This document shows, piece after piece, positions 1-9,800 of a DNA stretch of 60,088 nt. Both the position numbers and the translations under genes were made by a program. Positions within the stretch are counted from its first letter, which is position 1, and each line of letters opens with the position of its first letter. The notes under the pieces are model-generated. The model was not told where the DNA came from, did no database searches, and saw only the letters and a list, made by a program, of their open reading frames with translations. The stretch comes from an uncultured Candidatus Saccharibacteria bacterium (lineage in GTDB: Bacteria > Patescibacteriota > Minisyncoccia > Minisyncoccales > PEYH01): NCBI GenBank assembly GCA_964470785.1, contig CAYYED010000045.1, positions 1-60,088 on the forward strand, written 5' to 3'.

Positions 1-3000
1 ATCACTCGTGTCAGAATTCATATACACAGAGATAGAGCTGCCTGTAGACACACCCGTAACACTAGTGTTGCTTAAGGTGAATGTCTTGGAACTCCCTGCT
101 CCAATTTGTACACCGGCTGCAGCCAAGCAAGTAATAGTTTGCGTGCTTGCCGTACAGCTCTCGTCAGTAAACTCTGCATCTGTATTATTATACAGTTTCC
201 ATGTACCAGCCGTAGTGGCGCTACTGGTGGCAATAGTAAACTTCCATTGATAGAAGTCCACCGCATCGCCGGTGGCAGAAACCTTAAATCTATATAAGTT
301 ATTTCCGCCCGTAGTCAGAGTTTGGCCGCCTAAAGCAACGCCAGTCGTGGTAATGGTTGGAACAGCTTTCCAAATTCTAAAGGCATTGGCAGTGCGGGCA
401 GCAGCAGGAACGCTGGTCAAGTTGGTTCCGCTAATTTCTCCTCTGGCAGTAACATTACCCAGATTAATACGCATTGTAATTGCTCTATTAGAAGCAGCTA
501 CGCCATAAACATTAATATCTGCCTTAACAGTAAGGTGCTTCTTGGCACCAGCTGGGACAGCCCAGTTTAATCCACTAAATGTAGTGGTTCCACTGGCGCC
601 AATTGATGCTCTGCTCGCTAACAAGGTGGTTCCATCGTAAAGGCCAATATTTAGAATATCGGCTATAGCTTCTCCACCGGTTTCTGTAACCGCGATAGAG
701 CTAACAATAGCGTCTTCTGCGCCGGTTGTCTCATAAAACTCAAATTTAGCAAGCTCTTGTCCGGTGTCGCCCATTAAAAGCATGGCAGAAGACGGACTGT
801 CAGCTGCCTTGTTAACCGTTAAGGCGGCATTAGCAACCAAATAAAGGGTTTGTCCAGTTATGGTGCCGGTGTCATTAGCGCTACTGGCAGTGTCTACACC
901 AGTACCGTATGCCCCTGTTAAATTAACAGTTTTTGCAGAAGAGGATGTCGCAGTAGCACCGGAAACAATGTCTGCAAAAACATTAACTACCATTTGCTGT
1001 CCGGCAGCTAAATTAATCCTTGGTGAAGGATAGAAAAAATAGCTACTGTCTGCGCTCACCGTTGCTTGGGTGCTGCCAATTTGAGTTCCGTCTGCTTTCT
1101 TAAGCGTAACGTTTTGCAATGCGGAAAAAGCGCTATTAGAATCAGCGACTCTAAAGGAGCTGATATTAACCGCTTCTCCGGCTCCGGCAGTTACGGTAAA
1201 GGAAGCCACTCGAAGTCCGGTAGCTCCGGCTACTCCGGTGGGAACGGTAGCTGAGCCATCGGGCATAGCCACATTCTTGGCCGTAGTCAAAGCTCCTGTT
1301 CGAACCGTTAATGTAAATCCAACCGCGCTTGGGGTGGATAAAGAGGTCATAGAGCTTCTGCCTTGAGCATTACCAGAACCAGTATCTAAAGAAACTCTAA
1401 TAGTGTTACCATCAGCAATGTTGGTGCCATTAGAGCTCTTAGCATCTGCCCTAACCGTTAAAACACTGGTTTCTCCGGCCTTGACAACAAAAGTATTGCC
1501 AAAGCTAAATTCTCTGGGAGTAGCGTCGGCTGAAATATCTCTTGTGGTGTCTTTTTGCGTTCCGTCAACATAAAGCTTAACATTCTTTAAGCCATCTCCA
1601 TGAGAATTTGCTACAGAAGCCGTAAGGCTGCTAATTCTTATGTCTTCTCCAAATGCCTGAATGTTAAACTTGGCAACCTCAATATTAGTAGCTCCTAAAA
1701 CAGCGCTTCCTGAAGGAGAGTCGCTGGAGCGGGTAATAAGAATGCTGCCTGTGTTGATGGTGGTGTTTCCGGCAGATTCAATAATGGTCCACGAATCGGC
1801 CTGATTGGGTTTAATATAAACACCGTATTCCATATCCTGGGCAATAATATCAGCCATATTCTGGAAAGAAAACTTAAACGTTCTGTTGGTTCCGCCAACA
1901 ATATCACCTCTTAAGGAATAGTATTTGGTATCCCCGGCATTAAGCTTGATAGGATCAGCGCTTAGATCAAAGGTGGCTGTGTTGTCTGTGCCAAGCATTT
2001 CCACGGTTGCTCCATACTGGTTGGCATCAGCGCCGACTATTTTCAAGTTCTTAATATCGCCTCGGGCAATACTCCCGATGTTGGTGAAAATAAGTTTGTG
2101 AACCTCTACTTCTTGATCAACAGCAGCCAAAGAGAACTCCCATAATTCAAAATTGGTTTCTCCCGGATCTACTGTAGAAGAATAGGTGCTGTGGGCAATG
2201 GTTAGTTTTCCTAAGTCGCTAACCTGAGCTACGCTCATAAGGTTGCCGGCTAACGGAAAGCTTCCTCCCACTGTTGCATTGGATACAACATCGTCTTTAG
2301 AGGCCAAGCTAAATCCAATGGTTAGCCCTGAGCCAGCGCCATTGGCTAAGTCGCCTTTCACGGTAATGGTCTTGCTTCCTCCAGCCGGAACGGTAAATAA
2401 ACTGTTGCTGAAAGTAGCTACCTTACTGGCAAAAGAAGAATATTCTGCCAATCTGGTGTTGCCATCATAAAGATAAAGCTGAGAAATATCAGCGTCAGAG
2501 GCAATGCCTATTCTGTTTAGCTTTAATGAAGTGACATTAGCCGCAGCTGTTCCGCTATTGGTAAATCTTAGTTTCAAGAAAGGAATTGATGCTTGAGCCC
2601 CGTCACCGCTGATAGCGTCGGCAATAATAGAGCCAGAGGCCGGATTATCTGAGGCCAAAGCCACGGTTAAGTTGGCATCGCCTACAGGAGTTTCGCCTTC
2701 GGCTGTGGCGTGGCAAGCATCGTCGTACCAGTAAAAATCTGCGTCTTCGCAATCGGCCTGATTGTCATAATCGCTTGGTACGGATGTTGGAGGCGGTACC
2801 TCTACTGTGAGCAATGCATTAAGCTTGTCTCTGGTTGTTTGTCCTACAAATCCGGTTCCCGTGGTAATCCCCCAAGGAGCTAAAACATCACTGGCATAAA
2901 GCTCTTGGAATTTGATAACTCCGGCTTTGGTTAAAGGACCAAAGTAAGAGGTTTCATTTCCCGGAGAGCCGACGCCGGTTTCAGCTAATTGGGTATCAGA

Positions 3001-3309
3001 ATCGGAATTAAGGACAATCTGTAAATACTTTACATCATTACCGGTCATTCCTTGTTTAAGGGCTCTGTCAAATTCAAAACCCTCGGGAATTCCGGTAATA
3101 GCAGGAGTTGTTGGTCCATCTGTTGGTTCGCCGGTCAGGTCTGCTAATTGCTCTTGGTATTGCAATAGCTGCGCCTGCAAATCAGCAATTGCCGCGGTCA
3201 GCTCTTCCATAGTCATGGCTTGAGCCGGGGCAAAAGAACCGCCAACCATTGTCACGGCGACAATGAATGTAGTAACTCCTGAAAATAATCTTTTCAATAA
3301 TATACTCAT
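1..3309 (-). CDS. Large cell-surface (S-layer-like) repeat protein with signal peptide and peptidoglycan-binding domain; C-terminus runs off the left edge (partial)
   Basis: Absent from the ORF track because there is no stop inside the window. Own translation from the ATG at 3309 gives MSILLKRLFSGVTTFIVAVTMVGGSFAPAQAMTMEELTAAIADLQAQLLQYQ... It continues with FDRALKQGMTGNDVKYLQIVLNSD...YFGPLTKAGVIKFQ (PG_binding_1-like) and then T/S/G/A/V-rich repeats. The frame was spot-checked as open at 1501-1560 and 1-60. Confidence 0.8.
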   Translation of the reverse strand, partial: MSILLKRLFSGVTTFIVAVTMVGGSFAPAQAMTMEELTAAIADLQAQLLQYQEQLADLTGEPTDGPTTPAITGIPEGFEFDRALKQGMTGNDVKYLQIVLNSDSDTQLAETGVGSPGNETSYFGPLTKAGVIKFQELYASDVLAPWGITTGTGFVGQTTRDKLNALLTVEVPPPTSVPSDYDNQADCEDADFYWYDDACHATAEGETPVGDANLTVALASDNPASGSIIADAISGDGAQASIPFLKLRFTNSGTAAANVTSLKLNRIGIASDADISQLYLYDGNTRLAEYSSFASKVATFSNSLFTVPAGGSKTITVKGDLANGAGSGLTIGFSLASKDDVVSNATVGGSFPLAGNLMSVAQVSDLGKLTIAHSTYSSTVDPGETNFELWEFSLAAVDQEVEVHKLIFTNIGSIARGDIKNLKIVGADANQYGATVEMLGTDNTATFDLSADPIKLNAGDTKYYSLRGDIVGGTNRTFKFSFQNMADIIAQDMEYGVYIKPNQADSWTIIESAGNTTINTGSILITRSSDSPSGSAVLGATNIEVAKFNIQAFGEDIRISSLTASVANSHGDGLKNVKLYVDGTQKDTTRDISADATPREFSFGNTFVVKAGETSVLTVRADAKSSNGTNIADGNTIRVSLDTGSGNAQGRSSMTSLSTPSAVGFTLTVRTGALTTAKNVAMPDGSATVPTGVAGATGLRVASFTVTAGAGEAVNISSFRVADSNSAFSALQNVTLKKADGTQIGSTQATVSADSSYFFYPSPRINLAAGQQMVVNVFADIVSGATATSSSAKTVNLTGAYGTGVDTASSANDTGTITGQTLYLVANAALTVNKAADSPSSAMLLMGDTGQELAKFEFYETTGAEDAIVSSIAVTETGGEAIADILNIGLYDGTTLLASRASIGASGTTTFSGLNWAVPAGAKKHLTVKADINVYGVAASNRAITMRINLGNVTARGEISGTNLTSVPAAARTANAFRIWKAVPTITTTGVALGGQTLTTGGNNLYRFKVSATGDAVDFYQWKFTIATSSATTAGTWKLYNNTDAEFTDESCTASTQTITCLAAAGVQIGAGSSKTFTLSNTSVTGVSTGSSISVYMNSDTSD

Positions 3310-3514
3310 TTTTTTAATTTTTATTTTACTTTTAATTATTATCCTGAACGGAATGAAAGATTCTGTAACAATACACAAGATCCTTCGCTAACGCTCAGGA
3401 TGACAGCGCTCGCGCGCTGCCAGTTCGACCTTTAGTTTTTTTTGGTCTAAACAATAATAATCCTGCTGTTAAGCCGACCAAACCCAACAGCGCCTGATTT
3501 CTAATCGTTTGATT

Positions 3515-4309
3515 TTAATAAGAAAAAATAAAATCTATTTTTTCCAGTGCCTGCTGATATTCCCCTTCATTATATAATGCTTCTGCCTCTTTGAGAAGGC
3601 CTTCCTGTTCTTCGGTCAAGCTCCGCGTTTTCGTCATTTGAATCAAGCTTTTTGCCAATTCAGCGGAAGTAAATTGGATATTGTTTCTTAGGGCTTGGTC
3701 AATTTGTTCTTCGGTGGCGATTATTGCGGCTCTCACCTCTTCCAAATCTTTTGCTTCTATTTCTGTTTCTGCTGTATATGTTATATCTGCTATGCCTGCT
3801 GTATTTGTTGTATCTGTTGTATCTGTTGTATCTGTTATATCTGTTGTATCTGCTGTATTAATAGTCGTTTCCAGTTTCTGAAGCTTTCCTTTAATTTCAT
3901 TAACGGTCCGGACTATTTTGCCGGTTGTTTCAGGATTTTTCAATTCTTGGTCATTTGCCAATGTTTTCCCTATTTCTGCTAAACTGTTTCTTATTTCAGC
4001 CAAAGGCCCTTGTTCAGAAATTTCAGCAATTCCTAATTCCGGCTCTTGTGAGTCCTGGAAAGGAGCATAAAAATCAAAAAGCGCAAAAACCCCTAATCCT
4101 ATCAAGATTGCCAAGGTTCCGGAAATAACTGCCGGAGCAAGCTTTAATTTTGGAGTCCAGGACGGCAAAAAGCCCCAAGAAAAAGTTTTCCCAGGGTTTG
4201 TGTTGTATAAATCATCTAAAATGCGGGCTTTAGTTGCCTGCTTCCACGCTGAATCCGGCTTAATCTCCTGCAATGCTTTTAAATTGTGGATAATTTGCCT
4301 TTCCTCCAT
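3515..4309 (-). CDS. Membrane-anchored coiled-coil protein downstream of an ECF sigma factor (possible anti-sigma or sigma-associated protein)
   Basis: 264-aa ORF with one TM segment (LAPAVISGTLAILIGLGVFALFDF), an in-frame (DTT)n repeat and a helical C-terminus. It lies directly downstream of the sigma gene on the same strand. Confidence 0.6.
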   Translation of the reverse strand: MEERQIIHNLKALQEIKPDSAWKQATKARILDDLYNTNPGKTFSWGFLPSWTPKLKLAPAVISGTLAILIGLGVFALFDFYAPFQDSQEPELGIAEISEQGPLAEIRNSLAEIGKTLANDQELKNPETTGKIVRTVNEIKGKLQKLETTINTADTTDITDTTDTTDTTNTAGIADITYTAETEIEAKDLEEVRAAIIATEEQIDQALRNNIQFTSAELAKSLIQMTKTRSLTEEQEGLLKEAEALYNEGEYQQALEKIDFIFSY

Positions 4310-4460
4310 GGTTTTTTGGGTCTGGATTCCCGCCTGCGCGGGAATGACATGCCCTATATTATTAACGGGAATAATATACCCTATTATACCCTATTATTAA
4401 GTAGACGATGAAAACGCTAAAGTGTTACACCTTGGGTGACTTTTGACTGTTAACTGTTGC

Positions 4461-4495
4461 CTAGCCCGCTGATCGCTCCAGCGGTCGGCCTAGGG
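4461..4495 (+). repeat. 35-bp hairpin element 'R', copy 1
   Basis: CTAGCCCGCTGATCGCTCCAGCGGTCGGCCTAGGG. Confidence 0.85.
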
Positions 4496-4521
4496 ACTTT
4501 TGACTACGGCCCAGACCTTGT

Positions 4522-4616
4522 GTCATTGCGAGGAGCGACTAGAGGGAGCGACGAAGCAATCTCTTGCGTGGTAATTTCACGGATAGATTGCTTCGGACTG
4601 ACGCCCTCGCAATGAC
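4522..4616. repeat. 95-bp palindromic hairpin element 'M' (GTCATTGCGAGG ... CCTCGCAATGAC)
   Basis: Nested inverted repeats: GTCATTGCGAGG/CCTCGCAATGAC and CGAAGCAATCT/AGATTGCTTCG. An extra right half lies at 4629-4641 and a related short form, GGATTCCCGCCTGCGCGGGAATGAC, at 4325-4349. Confidence 0.85.
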
Positions 4617-4705
4617 GTGAAAGGGACACCCTCGCAATGACGTAAGCGACTAAAGTGGCTAAAAACCATTGTCAAAGATCAATAGTCATTGTCAACAGTC
4701 AATGG

Positions 4706-5221
4706 TCAATGGTCATTATCGATGGTCGCCTTCAGTTGTTCCATTGCTCGGTGGAGCATTATTCTTACTGCTCCTTTTGATTTAACCAAAATTTCAGCAA
4801 TTTCTTTGGTAGAAAGCCCGTCTATGTGCTTTAAAATAATGACATCCTGATATTCCGGCTTAAGCCGGGCAAGGGCTTTTTGAACAATTGCCAAGTCAGA
4901 ACGGTCAGTTTCCTTTTTTTCCAAGGACTGGGCAGTGTCCTCTATCTTTATTTCACTGTCCTCAATGGACACAATTTGCGTCCGCCCTTCTGCGCGATAA
5001 TGGTCAATCACTAAATTCCGGGCCGAAGCATAAAGAAATGCCCGAGGATTTTTAATTTCTTTATTTTCCTCCAAATGAAAAACTCTCCAGGTCTTTAAGA
5101 ATACCTCTGAAGTAAGGTCTTCGGCTGTTTCTTTAGAACTTACTTTGATATAGATAAAGCGGTAGATGCTGTCTGCATATCTATTATAGATTTTACTGAA
5201 TTTTCTTTGGTGTTTGTTCAT
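4706..5221 (-). CDS. ECF-type RNA polymerase sigma-70 family factor
   Basis: Regions 2 and 4 are recognisable (DLTSEVFLKTW...; LSTKEIAEILVKSKGAVRIMLHRA). I moved the start to the ATG at 5221 (MNKHQRKF...). The 51 upstream codons in the track translate a G-rich repeat hairpin. Confidence 0.85.
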   Translation of the reverse strand: MNKHQRKFSKIYNRYADSIYRFIYIKVSSKETAEDLTSEVFLKTWRVFHLEENKEIKNPRAFLYASARNLVIDHYRAEGRTQIVSIEDSEIKIEDTAQSLEKKETDRSDLAIVQKALARLKPEYQDVIILKHIDGLSTKEIAEILVKSKGAVRIMLHRAMEQLKATIDNDH

Positions 5222-5231
5222 TTTTGGAAAT

Positions 5232-5283
5232 CCTCCCCCTCCTCTTTCCTCCCCCTCAAAGAGGGGGAGGATTAAGGAGGGGG
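5232..5283. repeat. G/C-tract hairpin module 'G'
   Basis: CCTCCCCCTCCTCTTTCCTCCCCCTC-AAA-GAGGGGGAGGATTAAGGAGGGGG. Related copies are at 6841-6909, 12018-12135, 23790-23891, 34120-34200, 37455-37527, 44511-44578, 44699-44790 and 55725-55985. Confidence 0.88.
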
Positions 5284-5405
5284 TGGAATTCTCGGGTAAA
5301 TAAAAATAATATCCGGACATTGGTTCGGACATCGTGGACAAAATGTGGACAATAAGTGGACAAATTGTGGACAACTATTTTTTACTAAAACCCACTTGTC
5401 CGCTT

Positions 5406-6080
5406 TTACTTCTTCTCTTTAAGGGTAAATAAAACATCTTTTTTACTTTCTCTCTTTCTGTTTAAAACATTATTTCGCATCAAGGCGCTCACGTCTCTTC
5501 TAATGGTTCTGGAAGTAATCTCTGGAAATGCCTGTTGAATTTCTTGTAGAGAAATTACTTCTTTTTCTTTGAGCATTTCTATAATTTTTTTCTGTCTTTC
5601 TTGGGGCGAGTCAGGCGACCCTTCTAAGTTTTCCACAGGCCTTTGCCTTTCTTTTGTTTTAAGGATTTTTTGTTCTTTTTTAGAAAATTTTTGAGTTTTG
5701 AGCGATTCCCGGGTCTTGAGAACTTTTTCCCGTGGCGGTAAATTAATAACTTTTAGCGGCTCAATCAGTTGTTCCGTGCTTATTTTCAGCTGTTTTAGGG
5801 CGATTTCTTGTTTTATTTCTCTGTAATACCGTTCTAAAACCAAAAAATTCTTTTCATCGGCCCATTTCTGGCTTTTGGCTATCCTAAAAAGCGCTAATAT
5901 TTGCTCTATCTTCCGAAAAATAGCGGTTTTTTGGGATTTTTGGGGAACAAAAACAATAAGAGCGGATAAAATTTGGTTTGCCTTCTCTCTAATTTGAAAT
6001 TTTAGCGGCTCCCTTTCCGGAAAAAGGCCGGTTACCCTATATAAAGCTATTGTTATCTTAATAATTTTTTCCTTATCCAT
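5406..6080 (-). CDS. Hypothetical protein with C-terminal DeoR-type HTH
   Basis: The C-terminus VISLQEIQQAFPEITSRTIRRDVSALMRNNVL matches the DeoR N-terminal HTH signature (S..TIRRD). The N-terminal part is helical and the middle is K/E-rich. The ATG at 6080 is preferred over the TTG at 6101. Confidence 0.6.
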   Translation of the reverse strand: MDKEKIIKITIALYRVTGLFPEREPLKFQIREKANQILSALIVFVPQKSQKTAIFRKIEQILALFRIAKSQKWADEKNFLVLERYYREIKQEIALKQLKISTEQLIEPLKVINLPPREKVLKTRESLKTQKFSKKEQKILKTKERQRPVENLEGSPDSPQERQKKIIEMLKEKEVISLQEIQQAFPEITSRTIRRDVSALMRNNVLNRKRESKKDVLFTLKEKK

Positions 6081-6158
6081 AGACCAAGCAAAGCCAGCCA
6101 AGGCGCTCTGACCAGCTAATCTTTCCTCCCTGCTAATTACTCAAAAACACGGCGCTTT

Positions 6159-6764
6159 TTACCAAGCCACTAATTGGGAAAACTGTTTAAGGTTTTCCAA
6201 TTGTGTCTCGGTAAGGCCTTGCGAATGTTCCACCGCTTCTCTGACCAGATTTTCAGAAATATTCAACTTTTCTCCAAGATCTAAGGGCTTTTCACCAATC
6301 TGCTTCTGAATATAGTCCTCGGCATATACCCTGTGCTCCGGGGTCATTTCCACGGCATCTACCCGGGCGGCAAGATATTGGCTGACTGCCCTGCGGGCAA
6401 GATGGGTAACCCCTTCTCCTGACCGGGCTTCAAACACATATTCTCCTGTCAGTATTTCATCCGGTTCAGACAGCCCTTCTTTTGTCTCTCCTGCAATAAC
6501 CGGAATCTTTATCTCTGCATCCGAAACAATTGGCTCAACCTCACCTTCTGTCACGCCAATGGAAACCTCCTCGTCAGGCACAAAACCGGTTTCTTCTGTA
6601 ATATCAGGCCCAATGACTGAAAAAAGATTAATCTTGTATTCTTTCAAAGCACCGGTGTTTTGCAAATAGGCAAAAGTGCCCAGAGCCAAGACAATAAAAA
6701 GAACAACCAAGCCGACAACAAAAGCGCCTCCCTCTATTTTTGAAGCTCTCGTAAAAAACCTCAT
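6159..6764 (-). CDS. Membrane-anchored hypothetical protein
   Basis: 201-aa ORF with an N-terminal TM segment (GGAFVVGLVVLFIVLALGTFAYL). It is in the same operon as the giant protein. I recognise no family. Confidence 0.6.
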   Translation of the reverse strand: MRFFTRASKIEGGAFVVGLVVLFIVLALGTFAYLQNTGALKEYKINLFSVIGPDITEETGFVPDEEVSIGVTEGEVEPIVSDAEIKIPVIAGETKEGLSEPDEILTGEYVFEARSGEGVTHLARRAVSQYLAARVDAVEMTPEHRVYAEDYIQKQIGEKPLDLGEKLNISENLVREAVEHSQGLTETQLENLKQFSQLVAW

Positions 6765-6895
6765 ATTAATTTTTTTAATTATCTTAAATTTAGTTTATAC
6801 AATAAAAATTTTTTGTAAAGGGGAAAACTAAAATCCCGCTCCTCCCCCACCTTTCCCTCCCCCTCGCAGAGGGGGAGGGATTAAGGGAGGGGGGA

Positions 6896-9800
6896 TTAAG
6901 GGAGGGGGTAAATTGTTCCCTCTTGTCCGCTATAATTTCCATTATTTACATTAACTCCGCCCTTGGCCTCTATCTCTCCAAAAAACCCGCTCGTGTCCCC
7001 GTGTATTGCTATCCTTCCACCGCCGCCGGCACCGGCATAGGTAAAAGCATTTCCTCCATTAGCCGAAATTTTGCCTGTTCCTTCTAAAAAACCGGTTTCT
7101 AAATAAACGCTCCCGCCGCTGCCGGCAGCGGTGGCAGAGCATCCCCAGCTTGGCGAAGGAATGCCGGGTTCTCCATCAGCAGAAATTTCCCCGTCTAAGG
7201 CCAAAATATTTTCAGCCAAAATAATGATAGCCCCTCCTCCGGCTCCGCCTGATTGTTCAGAACAAAAGCCGGGATCTGCCGGAATCTTGCCTCCTCCTGA
7301 ACCAAAATCTTGGGGGTTTTCAGGGCTTCCATAAACAGAACTGGTAGCATTTCTTCCGCCTTGGCCGCCATAACTTCCTCCAATAATTCTTTCTCCTGTT
7401 CCCGGGCCTTCGCCTGAACCATGTCCCAGTCCGCTGACAGACAAGAAAGAACCCGCCCTTAATGAAAAATCGTTCACTTCTGCCCTTATATTGGCTTTAA
7501 TTTCCGAGTTTTCCACAATTAAATCATTGGCTCTAAAAATTAAAAATTCTTTTGGAATATTTTGCCATAAAACAAAATTCAGTATTATTTCTCCTGCCTG
7601 AATCATAATTTCCTTTTCTGCGGACAAAGAACAATTGCTAATCTCTAAAACATCTATGCCGTTTAAGTTTTCTGAAAGCTCTAAAACCCCTGTTTGGCAG
7701 GAGTTTTCTATTATTAATTTGCTTTTTCCCAAGTTTTCAAAATAAACCGTTCCCGGAGAACCGCAACCGCCGGATGTCCTGTTACTTCCCCCATAAGCAT
7801 AAATTTCTCCTTGGAACTGGTCGTCTTGATAATAAACAGCAGCTTGGCCGCCATTGCCGGCACCGCCGCCGTCAATAGAATCCGCCCCGCTGGACGATAT
7901 TTCTCCGTTTCCTTTAAGGGTTTTGGTTTTAATATAAATACTGCCGCCATCTCCGCCGGCTGTTGCCGGACAACCATAGCTAAGATGCCCTACGCCCTGA
8001 AGTCCGTTAGTGGAAATTGTGCCGTTAATAGCAAGGTCATTTTCTATTTCTAAAATAATTGCCCCTCCTCCGGGACCGCCGGGAGCGGCAAGACATAGTC
8101 CGGGGATTATTTCTCTGCCTCTGCCGGCCGAGCCCAAAGAATCGGGAAAAGAATAATTTTTCCCCACAGAAACCATTTGTGAATAGCCCTGGCCAACAGC
8201 GGTCATTAAACTGCTTTGTTCTATAATAATATTGTCTGCCGTGATTTTTACGCCCTTGAACCCTTCTATGTCTTCATCTGCTTCTAAGGTCAGAGTTGCC
8301 CCATTTTTAACAACCAAATCCTGAAAAACATATTCACCGGCAGGCAAAGCAGTGTCTTGGGAAACCACTGTCTTAGACACGCTATTTTCTGCTCCGGGCG
8401 TACCATTGATTGAATTTCCCTCAATATCCAAGCCGTTTCGGCCAATGCCATTATTGCTGGCCCAATTGTCCGAATCAGTGCCGCCAATAGCAGAATCAAT
8501 CCTTTCCATGGTCTGTTTTGTGTTGTTATCGCCGGCAAACCATGCTTGAGAAGCGTCCACTCTGTCTATCAAGACCCCTTCATTATTATAGAGCTCTATA
8601 ATTTCGCCGGCATTATTAAGATTCCAATCAGTCCCAAAATTTCCATATCTTGCGTCAATCTGAACATCAACAAGGGTTTCCATATCTTCATCGCCGCGAG
8701 CTAAAACATAAAATCCATTGGGCTGAATGGCTGTTCCCTGTTCAAAAATAATGTCAAATGTTTCTGTGGTAGGAACAAACAAGCGCCATCCGGCCATCTC
8801 TATTATTTCTTCGCCGGGATTGTAAAGCTCCAGCCATTGATGCCGCCAATTCGCTTCTGTCCCCATCCAGGCGATTTCGTTAATAACTGCTGTTAAAAGC
8901 GGTTCTTCGGGCTGCTTTTTTTCCTCCTCATCCTCCTCATCCTCCTCGTCTTCGTCTTCATCTTCGTCTTCCTCGTCTTCGTTGTCAGTGTCATCGTCAT
9001 TGTTATTGTCTTCCTCTTCGTCTTCGTCATTGTCGACATCTCCGTCTTCGTCGTTCTCATCATCGTCTGTGCCAGTGCCCTCATCTACTTCCGGCATATA
9101 GCTTTGATTTCGTGCCCCGGGAGTGGAAACTTGCATTTCAAAATCATTAGCATTGTTGTTTGTGTCTTGATATGTTTGGTTGTCTGTATTCCATTTTCTT
9201 CCTATACTCTTTTCAATAAGCGGATTTTCCGTTGGCGCTGTTTCAAAGTCCGGGGCTTGTCCCCATCCCACTTTATCAACTTCCTGCTTGTTTGGATTTT
9301 TAAGGACAATGGCATTATCTTCGGTCAATGTTAATATATCTAAAATAATGTCCGGATTTATGTCCGCGGTTCTGGCAATTAACAAATATCCTTTGGCCGG
9401 AATAATTTTGCCGTCAAAGTGAGTTGAAGAAACAGATGAACCCCAGGAATCAGCATTTTTGGTTTTCCGCTGAATATACCAACCGGTTAAGGAAACCGCG
9501 CTTGAATTGGGATTATAAAGTTCAATGAATCTCTGTCCAATCGGTGAGAGTTGAATCTCGGAAATTAGAATCTTGGGGTAAGATGGAGCCGAAGCGCCTC
9601 CGCCGCCGCCGGTGGCAGGAGACGTGGCTGTATCGTCAGTATCGGTGTCAGTATCAGTAGTATCGGTATCGGTATCGTCAATGTCAGTGTCATCGTCAAT
9701 GTCAGCGTCATAGTCGCCATCCGGCACCCAAGCACACCCCTGTTCTTTTATCTTTTCCAAAGTTAGTTCGCCAATACCCTTAATTTCTAATAAATCATCA

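Noticed and set aside
4437-4506. Direct repeats GACTTTTGACT flanking the 35-bp R hairpin as a target-site duplication. A similar pair, AATTTTCAAT, flanks the copy at 39426-39460
   Set aside because: The left copy is 12 nt away from the element. At the second locus the flanking word occurs three times in a low-complexity region. Evidence for a target-site duplication is therefore ambiguous.
5222-5374. Longer N-termini given in the track for the sigma factor (to 5374), hpt (to 27024), hisS (to 33517), the 227-aa protein (to 11877) and iorA (to 58374)
   Set aside because: The extensions either translate repeat hairpins or start at TTG. Internal ATGs give canonical family N-termini and, for hpt, a strong SD.
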